A DNA stretch of 64,000 nt from an uncultured Pseudomonadota bacterium (lineage in GTDB: Bacteria > Vulcanimicrobiota > Vulcanimicrobiia > Eremiobacterales > Eremiobacteraceae): assembly GCA_963736005.1 (NCBI GenBank), contig CAVTNB010000001.1, forward strand, positions 288,001-352,000, in the 5' to 3' direction. Numbering within the stretch: the first letter of the stretch is position 1; each line of letters opens with the position of its first letter. Made by a program: the position numbers and the translations under genes. This document shows, piece by piece, positions 12,430 through 21,065 of this stretch. Below the pieces are notes generated by a model that did not search any database, was not told where the DNA came from, and worked only from the letters and a program-made list of their open reading frames with translations.

Positions 12430-13817
12430 TGATACAAGGGGAGCGCACTGGCCAAAATCGCGCGGGCGATCGGTGCAGCGACAGCGCCTCCATAACCCGA
12501 ATCCTCCACCACGACGGCGACGACCAGGCGCGGCGATTCCGCGGGAGCAAAGCAAACAAACCAGGCGTCGGGGGCACCTCCCGGATGCGTTGCCGTTCCT
12601 GTTTTCCCAGCGACCGTCACGTTCGGCATCTTCGCCGCGGTCCCGGTCCCATACCTTACCACAGCGATCATCAGGTCACGCATCTCGGCTGCTGTTTGCG
12701 CAGAGATGGGTTGTGCCCAGACAACGGGCACGGTGTGAACCGGGAGCTGTCCGCTGGCGCGAATCTCCTTGACGAGCGATGGACGCATCAACACGCCGCC
12801 GTTGGCGATCGTCGCACCGATGAGCGCCATGCGCAGCGGGGTCACCGCGAGGCTGCCCTGCCCAAAGGCCATCTGAGCCAGCTCCGAATCCGAGACCGTG
12901 CTTGCCGCCGGAACGTTGTCTTTGGTCACGGGAACCGCGAGCCCCATATTCTCACCGACGCGGAAGCGGATCAGATATTCGTAAAAGGTGTCGACCCCCA
13001 TGGCGACGCCGATCTGCGCGAAGTCCACGTTGCTTGAGAAGGCAAATGCGCCGGTGAGGGTCTGGGTGCCGGTTGCCTCGCGCTCCGCATTATGGAGCGT
13101 GAAGCCACCGACGTTGAAATAGCCCGGATCATTTAGCGTACTGTCCAGCGTGAACGTGCCGCTGTCGAGAGCTGCGCTAGCCGTAAGCATTTTAAACGTC
13201 GAACCAGGAGGGTACAGGCCGTCCAGCGAGCGGTCCAGCAGCGGTGCGTCCGCGCGGGATCGCAGTTTGCTCCATTGAGCCACGAGCGTATTTGGATCGA
13301 ACGTCGGACGATTGACTGCGGCGAGCACCGCACCGGTTCGAGGGTCTAAGACCAGCGCTGCGCCGCGAATACCGGCCGGCATAGCTTGATCCACGGCTTG
13401 GGCGATATCGCGGCGCAACGTCAAAACGACTTGGCCGCCTGTCGAACGCGTCGCCTTCGTGCGGCGGCTAAAGAGGGATGCCACAGTCGTCGCGTCATCG
13501 GCGGCGCGGGGGGCCAGGATGGCGTCTAAAGCGGCTTCAAGGCCGGACTCGCCGTAAAGGGATGAAGAATAACCTACGATCTGCGCCAGTGCTGGTCCCG
13601 CCGAATAGACGCGGTGTGCTCCCAAGCTTCGCGCGACCGCGACACCTGACGCATCAAGCAGCTCGCCCCGCCCCTGAATGCTCTGAGCGCGCCGTGGATC
13701 TCCAGGCCGATCCAAGATGGCGTTGCGCTCGATGATTTGGACCCGTGCCTGTTGCGCAGCGAGAATAAGAAAAATAACGACGAACGCGATCGTAACGTTG
13801 AGGATGCGGCGACGCAT
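12426..13817 (-). CDS. Penicillin-binding protein (class B, PbpA-like transpeptidase)
   Basis: SxxK (PGSTFK), SxN (SSNV), KTG (GKTGTA). Confidence 0.9.
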   Translation of the reverse strand: MRRRILNVTIAFVVIFLILAAQQARVQIIERNAILDRPGDPRRAQSIQGRGELLDASGVAVARSLGAHRVYSAGPALAQIVGYSSSLYGESGLEAALDAILAPRAADDATTVASLFSRRTKATRSTGGQVVLTLRRDIAQAVDQAMPAGIRGAALVLDPRTGAVLAAVNRPTFDPNTLVAQWSKLRSRADAPLLDRSLDGLYPPGSTFKMLTASAALDSGTFTLDSTLNDPGYFNVGGFTLHNAEREATGTQTLTGAFAFSSNVDFAQIGVAMGVDTFYEYLIRFRVGENMGLAVPVTKDNVPAASTVSDSELAQMAFGQGSLAVTPLRMALIGATIANGGVLMRPSLVKEIRASGQLPVHTVPVVWAQPISAQTAAEMRDLMIAVVRYGTGTAAKMPNVTVAGKTGTATHPGGAPDAWFVCFAPAESPRLVVAVVVEDSGYGGAVAAPIARAILASALPLYQ

Positions 13818-13821
13818 GCTG

Positions 13822-16800
13822 CTACCTCACGGCCAGGCGCGGTCGCACGTACTCTTGCAGCGAGCACACGTCCAGCGGGCTTTCGCCTTGGGCGGCGAGC
13901 GCAAGCAGGAGTGCTCGCACCGTATCAAGCGATGTGAGGCACACCAAACCGCTCTCGAGTGCAGCATGCCGGATCCGGAAACCGTCTGATTGCGCAAGCG
14001 ACGTCGCTGCGACGTTATTGATCACCAAGTCCACGCCGCCCTCACTGATGAGATCGACGACGTGCGGCGAGCCTTCGGAAATCTTGTTGATGCGATTGGC
14101 CAGAATGCCGCGGTCTGCGAGGTAAGCCCACGTTCCTGGGGTCGCAAAGAGCGCGAAATCCATTTCCGCGAGCGAGCGAGCGATGGGAAGCGCTGCCTCC
14201 TTTTCGTCATCCGCGATGGAGAGCAAAATCCGCCCGCCCGGTGGAGGCAAGGCGATGCCCGTTCCGATGAGCCCGCGAAGGAGCGCTCCGGCATACGTTC
14301 GAGCGATGCCAAGGACCTCACCGGTCGATTTCATTTCTGGGCCGAGCATGGTTTCTATACGACGCAGCTTCGAGAATGAGAAGACCGGAACTTTGACCGC
14401 AACGAAGTCCGGGGGAGGCAACAGCCCGGTTTCTATTCCAAGATCCGCCAACTTCTTGCCAAGCGCAATCGAAGTTGCCGCCGCAACTAAGGGAACTCCC
14501 GTCAACTTCGCAATGATCGGAACGGTCCGGCTCGCGCGCGGATTCGCCTCGATGACAAACAAGTCGTCGTCTTTGACGATGTATTGGACATTAATGAGGC
14601 CGCGGATGCCGAGCTCGGAAGCGAGACGCAAGGTCACGTCAACGATGCGCTGCTGCATGCCGGCCGAGATGGTCTGCGGCGGATACACCGCCATCGAATC
14701 ACCCGAGTGAATGCCGGCGCGCTCGATGTGTTCGAAGATCCCAGGGATGCAGATGTCGACCCCGTCGAAAACGGCGTCTACCTCGACTTCCGTTCCCGCG
14801 ATGTATTTGTCGACGAGCAGCGGCGCCTCGGGTTGGATTGGCGGCGCGCTTTCCGCATATGCCGCAAGTTGCGCCTCGTTGTACACGATCTCCATGCCCC
14901 GACCACCCAGGACGTACGAGGGGCGCACGAGGACGGGGAACCCGATCGAGCGCGCGATCTCACGCGCTTTGCGAAAGGAGAGCGCCGTCTGCCCTGTGGG
15001 CCGCGCGACTCCAAGGCGCTGCAACAACGCGTCAAATTTGCGGCGGTCTTCGGCGAGATCCAACGCTGTTTGGCTCGTTCCCAAAAGCGGCACGCCACGC
15101 GCACCAAGCTCGCGGGCTAAGTTGATGGGCGTCTGCCCGCCAAACATCAAGAGCGTTCCTCTGGCGTTGGTCACGCGAACGGCGTGTTCGACTTCATCGG
15201 CGCAAGGGGGTTCGAAAATCAACACGTCCGAGACGTCGAAATCCGTACTGACAGTTTCTGGATTATTGTTGATCATGACGGAAGCGACTCCCGCATCATG
15301 CAAGGCCCAGGCTGCATGGACGCATGAGTAGTCGAACTCGATGCCTTGACCGATTCGAATCGGACCGCTGCCGACGACCACGACGGAGTCGCGAAGTGGC
15401 CGGCGCAGTTCGTCTTCTTCTCCAACGGTTGCGTAATAATAGGGCGATCGGGCCGGAAACTCTGCGGCAGCCGTGTCCACCATCTTATAGGCCGTGGCCG
15501 AGGCCGGTGTCAGATCTCGCCGGATCGTCTCAAGCTTTCTCCCCGTTAATCGTGCGATGGTCGACTCCGCAAAACCGGCAGCCTTCGCTTCATTGATCAG
15601 GTCGGCGGAAGGCGTGGCGCGCAGACAGGTCTCGACCTCGACCAGCTCCCGCAATTCCCACAGCCAGAAAGGGTCGATGCTCGTGAGCGATGCGAGTTCT
15701 TCCACGCTACGACCGCGGCGCAGACACTCAGCGACGACGAAGAGGCGATCGTGCGTTGGCGTGCGAGCAACATCAGCGAGCTCGTCATCACTCCAGTGCA
15801 GAAATGGCGCTCCGGTCAGGGTGTCGCGCCCAATGTCAAGACCACGCACCGCTTTGAGCAGAGCCGCTCCAAACGTTCGGCCGATAGCCATGACCTCTCC
15901 GGTGGACTTCATCTGCGTGCCCAGGCGAGTATCGGCAAGCGGAAACTTATCGAACGGCCAGCGCGGAATCTTCACGACGCAGTAGTCAAGCGTTGGCTCG
16001 AAGGCTGCCTTGGTCACACCAGTGACGGGATTGGAGAGCTCGGGCAGCTTGTAACCTAACGCGATTTTGGCCGCGACTTTGGCAATAGGGTAGCCGGTCG
16101 CCTTGCTGGCGAGTGCGGACGAGCGGGAGACTCGCGGGTTGACCTCTATGACTTGATAGGCGTCGCTGTGCGGGTCGAGGGCGAATTGAATGTTGCACCC
16201 GCCTTCAACTTTGAGATGGCGGATAATGTTGAGGGCCGCGCTGCGCAACCGCTGGTAATCGCGATCTGAAAGGGTTTGGGAGGGAGCGACGACGATCGAA
16301 TCGCCAGTGTGGATGCCGACTGGATCGACGTTCTCCATGTTGCAGATCGTGATGCAATTGTCGTCGGAGTCGCGGAGAACTTCGTATTCGATTTCCTTCC
16401 AACCCAGCAGAGATGATTCGAGCAGGACTTGATGGATGATGCTGGCAGCGAGTCCCGTTTTGACGGTGTATCGTAGTTCAGTTTCATCGTGCACCGCGCC
16501 GCCGCCCGTGCCGCCGAGGGTATAAGCCGGACGCACGATGAGCGGATAGCCAGCTTCTCGAGCGAAGGCGAGCGCCTGCGAAACGTCCGTGACGATCGCC
16601 GAGCGTGGTACGGGCTCGCCGATGTGATTCATTGCTTCTTTAAAGAGCTTGCGATCCTCCGCTAGTCGGATGGTGCGCAGCGGGGTGCCCAGCAGTCGGA
16701 CCCCGTAACGCTCGAGGGTGCCCCGCTCGGCGAGAGCGACCGCCAGGTTGAGTCCGGTCTGCCCGCCGAGGGTCGCGAGCATCGCATCGGGGCGTTCTCG

Positions 16801-17034
16801 TTCGATGATCGCTTCAACGTACGCTGGGACGAGCGGTTCGAGATAGACCGCATCCGCCATCTCGGGATCGGTCATGATCGTCGCTGGGTTGGAGTTCACC
16901 AAGACGACGCGCACGTTCTCCTCACGAAGCGCGCGGCACGCTTGGACGCCGGCATAGTCGAACTCCGCAGCTTGACCGATAACGATTGGGCCTGATCCAA
17001 CCACGAGCACGCAGCGAATGGCGAGTTCGCTCAT
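13822..17034 (-). CDS. carB: Carbamoyl-phosphate synthase large subunit
   Basis: GSGPIVIGQAAEFDY, duplicated ATP-grasp halves; start at ATG 17034 overlapping the carA stop. Confidence 0.97.
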   Translation of the reverse strand: MSELAIRCVLVVGSGPIVIGQAAEFDYAGVQACRALREENVRVVLVNSNPATIMTDPEMADAVYLEPLVPAYVEAIIERERPDAMLATLGGQTGLNLAVALAERGTLERYGVRLLGTPLRTIRLAEDRKLFKEAMNHIGEPVPRSAIVTDVSQALAFAREAGYPLIVRPAYTLGGTGGGAVHDETELRYTVKTGLAASIIHQVLLESSLLGWKEIEYEVLRDSDDNCITICNMENVDPVGIHTGDSIVVAPSQTLSDRDYQRLRSAALNIIRHLKVEGGCNIQFALDPHSDAYQVIEVNPRVSRSSALASKATGYPIAKVAAKIALGYKLPELSNPVTGVTKAAFEPTLDYCVVKIPRWPFDKFPLADTRLGTQMKSTGEVMAIGRTFGAALLKAVRGLDIGRDTLTGAPFLHWSDDELADVARTPTHDRLFVVAECLRRGRSVEELASLTSIDPFWLWELRELVEVETCLRATPSADLINEAKAAGFAESTIARLTGRKLETIRRDLTPASATAYKMVDTAAAEFPARSPYYYATVGEEDELRRPLRDSVVVVGSGPIRIGQGIEFDYSCVHAAWALHDAGVASVMINNNPETVSTDFDVSDVLIFEPPCADEVEHAVRVTNARGTLLMFGGQTPINLARELGARGVPLLGTSQTALDLAEDRRKFDALLQRLGVARPTGQTALSFRKAREIARSIGFPVLVRPSYVLGGRGMEIVYNEAQLAAYAESAPPIQPEAPLLVDKYIAGTEVEVDAVFDGVDICIPGIFEHIERAGIHSGDSMAVYPPQTISAGMQQRIVDVTLRLASELGIRGLINVQYIVKDDDLFVIEANPRASRTVPIIAKLTGVPLVAAATSIALGKKLADLGIETGLLPPPDFVAVKVPVFSFSKLRRIETMLGPEMKSTGEVLGIARTYAGALLRGLIGTGIALPPPGGRILLSIADDEKEAALPIARSLAEMDFALFATPGTWAYLADRGILANRINKISEGSPHVVDLISEGGVDLVINNVAATSLAQSDGFRIRHAALESGLVCLTSLDTVRALLLALAAQGESPLDVCSLQEYVRPRLAVR

Positions 17035-18161
17035 GCTTCCGCCGATCTTCGCTTGCGAAGCACGTTGACGAAGTCTGCAAAGAAGTGGTGCGCATCGGCT
17101 GGGCCAGGCGATGCTTCCGGATGAAACTGCACCGACATGATGGGCATCGTTGTGTGCCGCAGCCCTTCGTTCGTACCATCGTTGAGATTGATCATCGTCT
17201 GCTCGACGTCCGCTGGCAGCGACTTCGGGTCGACCGCGTAGCCGTGGTTTTGTGCCGTGATGATCACGTCGCCCGTGCGGCAGTCGAGCACGGGTTGATT
17301 CCCTCCTCGATGGCCATACTTGAGCTTGTAGGTTTTTGCACCGAGCGCTTCGGCAAGCAGCTGGTGTCCAAGGCAAATGCCGAACATGGGCAGGGTTCCG
17401 CGCGTTATCGTCTGGCGCAATGTCTGAACCACGCGCTCCAGCTCGGCAGGATCGCCCGGGCCGTTGCTGATGACGAGGCCTTCGAGCCCGAGTTCCAGCA
17501 GATGCTCGCTCGTCGAATCGAACGGTACCTCGACAACCTGCACGCCCTGCTCTGCGAGAGAGCGCGCAATGTTCTCCTTGGTTCCGCAGTCGAGCAACCC
17601 GACGCGAATCGGCCCGTCACCGTGGACTTCCTGCGTGCGTACGGAAACCGACCTGACCAATGCGGGCGTGTCCAAAGGCTGGCGCAGGTAACTTGCGAGT
17701 TCGGCAGGCGCTCGGGCGATCGCAGTCTCGCCTACCGCGAGGACCGAGGGCATGGTGCCGGCTTCGCGCAATCGCGTCACGAGCGCGCGCGTGTCGATAC
17801 CTTCGATGGCTCGCACCTTGCTCTCGTCAAGCCACTCCGGCAGCGTTCCGCAGCTGCGATGGTGGCTCGGATGGCGGCTGACCCGTTTGAACACCGCGCC
17901 GGCCGCACAGATGGTTTTATGTTGGCGGACGCTTCGGTCGAGCCCGTAGTTGCCGATGAGCGGATACGTAAACACAAGAATTTGGCCAGCGTAGGACGGA
18001 TCCGTCAGCGCTTCTTCATAGCCCGTCATGCAGGTATTGAAAACGGCTTCTCCCCGAGAGATGCCGTCTGGTCCAATGCCGATGCCCTTGTAGGTGGTTC
18101 CATCTTTGAGCAGCAGTGCTGCCGGTCGCGAATGAATTCGCGTCGCTACATTTTCGCTCAC
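17031..18161 (-). CDS. carA: Carbamoyl-phosphate synthase small subunit
   Basis: Motifs TDPSY, SNGPGDP, GICLGHQ, QFHPE. Confidence 0.97.
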   Translation of the reverse strand: MSENVATRIHSRPAALLLKDGTTYKGIGIGPDGISRGEAVFNTCMTGYEEALTDPSYAGQILVFTYPLIGNYGLDRSVRQHKTICAAGAVFKRVSRHPSHHRSCGTLPEWLDESKVRAIEGIDTRALVTRLREAGTMPSVLAVGETAIARAPAELASYLRQPLDTPALVRSVSVRTQEVHGDGPIRVGLLDCGTKENIARSLAEQGVQVVEVPFDSTSEHLLELGLEGLVISNGPGDPAELERVVQTLRQTITRGTLPMFGICLGHQLLAEALGAKTYKLKYGHRGGNQPVLDCRTGDVIITAQNHGYAVDPKSLPADVEQTMINLNDGTNEGLRHTTMPIMSVQFHPEASPGPADAHHFFADFVNVLRKRRSAEA

Positions 18162-19504
18162 CTAGGCACGCTTTTCTGTAGCAGCGGACCTTTCAGTGCA
18201 TTTACTCCCTCGCGCATGATGACATGACCGCTCACCACAGTGAGCGCTGGCTTCACAGCAAAGGTCATGCCGTCGAAGGGCGTCACCCGCCCTCTCGAAC
18301 GGAAACGGTCAGGTTCGACCTTCCAGGGACGCTGCAAATACAGTCCCGTCATATCGGCTGGTGATCCCGGCGCGAGCGTTCCGCCGCGAACGCCCAGCAA
18401 CGCAGCAGGATTGGTCGAGAAGTTTGCGACCATCGTGACGAGCGATAGGTCGGCAAGCGCGTGGAAGGTAGCGCCAACCGCAACCTCGAGTCCGGTGAAT
18501 CCAACGCAGGCATGGGCAAGTGGAGCATCTTTGTCGGAGTTGGTGTGGGGCGCATGATCGCTTGCAAAGATCGTAATGACACCTTCCGCCACCGCTCTAC
18601 GAACTGACGCTACATCGGCTGCCGATCGAAGTGGGGGATTCACGCGATTCCGACCCTCAAACCCGTCGAGGAGTTCCTCCGTGAGCTGCAAGTGGTGGGG
18701 CGTCACTTCCGCCGTCACATTGATGTTAGATGCGCGTGCCCACCGGAGCACTTCAACTGTTTGGGCGGCGCTGACGTGGCAGAGGTGCCACGCTTTTCCC
18801 GTCGCCTGGGCTACGAGGATGTCGCGTGCGGCGATGGCAGCCTCCGCAACGGCTGGCGTCCCGGGAAGGCCTAGCTTGTCGCTTACGGTGCCGTCATGCA
18901 TGACAGCGTCGGAAAAAGTAGCATCTTCACAATGCGAGAGAAACGGTTGGCGCAGGTCTGCAGCGTAGCGAGCTGCGTTGTAGAGCGTTTTGAGCGAACG
19001 CGTCGCTGCACCATCATCGGAGAAGGCAACCGCTCCCGCAGCAGCCATGCCGCGCAGTGGGGCGATCTTCTGTCCTTCGCGACCGACCGAGATCGCGCCA
19101 ATCGCATAACAGTGCGGACCTCCCAAGGCCGCCGCGCCTTGCAGCAAGCGCGAGACCTCCTCCGGCGAGTCGATGGGTGGACGCGTGTTGGGCATGACCG
19201 CAACGGCAGTAAAGCCTCCCGCCGCGGCTGCGGCGAGGCCTGTGGCGAGGGTCTCTTTCTGGTTGTCGCCAGGCTCTCGGAAGTGAACGTGCGGATCGAT
19301 GAAGCCTGGACACAAAACCATGCCCGCACAGTCGATGCGTTCGCAATCGGCATCGGCCGACGCGGGTGCGCCCTCGAGCAGTGCTGCGACGATCCCCCGC
19401 CTGACCACAACCGTACGAATCGCATCGAGTCCCGTCGCCGGATCGATAACGCGCGCACCGACGAAATCGCGGTTGCCGCTGCGATCGTCGTTGCTTGCAA
19501 TCAT
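18158..19504 (-). CDS. pyrC: Dihydroorotase
   Basis: Motifs PGFIDPHVHFREPG, MPNTRP, ASDHAPH; pyr operon context. Confidence 0.94.
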   Translation of the reverse strand: MIASNDDRSGNRDFVGARVIDPATGLDAIRTVVVRRGIVAALLEGAPASADADCERIDCAGMVLCPGFIDPHVHFREPGDNQKETLATGLAAAAAGGFTAVAVMPNTRPPIDSPEEVSRLLQGAAALGGPHCYAIGAISVGREGQKIAPLRGMAAAGAVAFSDDGAATRSLKTLYNAARYAADLRQPFLSHCEDATFSDAVMHDGTVSDKLGLPGTPAVAEAAIAARDILVAQATGKAWHLCHVSAAQTVEVLRWARASNINVTAEVTPHHLQLTEELLDGFEGRNRVNPPLRSAADVASVRRAVAEGVITIFASDHAPHTNSDKDAPLAHACVGFTGLEVAVGATFHALADLSLVTMVANFSTNPAALLGVRGGTLAPGSPADMTGLYLQRPWKVEPDRFRSRGRVTPFDGMTFAVKPALTVVSGHVIMREGVNALKGPLLQKSVPR

Positions 19505-20430
19505 GCCACTCTCTCCCGCGTGGACGAACTCATGCTGCGCTCAAGCGATGCCATGCGAACGTAGACGCCATTTTCCACTTGGCGCTCGATGCGGCTGCGC
19601 TCGTTGCGCACGAGCGAGCCGTCGAGCTCGAGTCCGCGGTTCACGGGCCCTGGGTGCATGACGATGGCGTGCGGTGGCAACAGCTGTGCTCTGGCAGCGG
19701 TGAGACCGTACAATCGCGCCAAGTCTTCGGATGGCGGCATATCCTCGCCCGACGCTCGCTCCCTTTGGATGCGCAGCAGCATGACCGCATCCGCGTTGGG
19801 TAGGACGCTATCGAAGTCGCTCGTGAGTTCAGCAACCCCCCACCCGGGCGAAGCGTGCGGCAACAGTGCGGGAGGTCCGCACAAGACGACCGAGGCGCCC
19901 AACAGCGTTACCGCCATGGCGGTTGAACGCGCCACACGGCTATGTTTGATATCACCGCTGATGACGAGTCGCCGACCTGCGAGGTCACCGAACTCTTCCA
20001 CCAAGGTCATCGCGTCGAGCAAGCCTTGGGTTGGATGAGCGTGCGCGCCGTCGCCTGCGTTGTGCACCGATCCCTCAAAATAACGCGCGAGAGCATGAGG
20101 GAATCCGGCTTCGGGGTGGCGGACCACGATCGCGTCTGCGCCGATAGCGCGGACCGTTCGCATCGTGTCCTCAAGGGATTCGCCTTTTATCAGCGACGAA
20201 GCATCGGTACGAAAATCAATCCACGTTGCGCCCAGCCTTTGCGCGGCGACGTTGAAGCTGGTCGTGGTGCGCGTGCTCGGTTCGAAGAACATCCCCATGA
20301 CGATCTTGCCGCGCAGTCGAATCCCCTCGTTGGGCACTCCCGCTTTGAACTGCCGGGCACGCGCGATCAATGCCTCGATGAACGGCCGATCTGCGTCATC
20401 GAGGTCGAGGAGATGTCTTGTCTTGGTCAC
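19501..20430 (-). CDS. pyrB: Aspartate carbamoyltransferase catalytic subunit
   Basis: Motifs FFEPSTRT, HPTQGLLD, MHPGPVNRG. Confidence 0.96.
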   Translation of the reverse strand: MTKTRHLLDLDDADRPFIEALIARARQFKAGVPNEGIRLRGKIVMGMFFEPSTRTTTSFNVAAQRLGATWIDFRTDASSLIKGESLEDTMRTVRAIGADAIVVRHPEAGFPHALARYFEGSVHNAGDGAHAHPTQGLLDAMTLVEEFGDLAGRRLVISGDIKHSRVARSTAMAVTLLGASVVLCGPPALLPHASPGWGVAELTSDFDSVLPNADAVMLLRIQRERASGEDMPPSEDLARLYGLTAARAQLLPPHAIVMHPGPVNRGLELDGSLVRNERSRIERQVENGVYVRMASLERSMSSSTRERVA

Positions 20431-20981
20431 GTTTGCTCGTACAGCGTCACGCGGTCGCTGTCGCTCGGTTCTCGAGCGAGCTCGACCTCAACATGCTCCG
20501 CCCTCGAGGTCGGAACAACGCGTCCGGCATAGTCAGCCTGTATCGGCAGCTCGCGCAGTCCACGGTCGACCAGGACGCACAGCCGGGCGACCCGCGGGCG
20601 GCCCAGGTCTGTGATCGCATCCAAAGCGCTGCGAATGGTACGGCCGGTGAAAAGCACGTCGTCGACGATGACCACTTCTTTGCCGAGGACGTCGACCGAG
20701 ATTTCGCTGTCCGGCATGTCGCGCGCTGCATCGTCATCACGGTACATCGTGATGTTGAGGAAGCCGATGGGCACGGCAACTCCAGTTCGCTGCTTAATCT
20801 GGGCGTGAATGCGGCGCGTGAGGTTCTCGCCACCTTTTCGAATGCCAATGAGCACTAAATCCGCGCTTGCGCCGTTTGGTTCTATGATTTGTTGCGCGAG
20901 CCGCTCCACCGTGCGCTGCAGCTCAGCAGACGAAAGCACGACCCTTTTCTCTCGCAGGGTCGTCGCAGGCGCTCTTGCCAA
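20427..20981 (-). CDS. pyrR: PyrR bifunctional regulator / uracil phosphoribosyltransferase
   Basis: Motifs ITMYRDD, VDDVLFTGRTIR, LVDRGLRELPIQADY. Confidence 0.93.
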   Translation of the reverse strand: MARAPATTLREKRVVLSSAELQRTVERLAQQIIEPNGASADLVLIGIRKGGENLTRRIHAQIKQRTGVAVPIGFLNITMYRDDDAARDMPDSEISVDVLGKEVVIVDDVLFTGRTIRSALDAITDLGRPRVARLCVLVDRGLRELPIQADYAGRVVPTSRAEHVEVELAREPSDSDRVTLYEQT

Positions 20982-21038
20982 GTGAGGTCCAGCCCTTTCC
21001 CGCTCATCCGTGTCGCAGGGGACCGCTAGGTCCTCCCG

Positions 21039-21065
21039 TGTAGCAGCGGACCTTCAGGTCCGCTC
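21039..21065 (+). repeat. REP-like palindrome copy
   Basis: TGTAGCAGCGGACCTTCAGGTCCGCTC. Confidence 0.75.

Noticed and set aside
16986..18227. Long antisense ORFs (e.g. 413 aa here, 55622-56797, 49692-50567)
   Set aside because: Shadow ORFs of high-GC genes on the opposite strand, with no recognisable motifs.
20982..21060. PyrR-binding attenuator upstream of pyrR
   Set aside because: No AGTCCNGNGAGGYT motif or U-tailed terminator; the hairpin present is the REP-like repeat.
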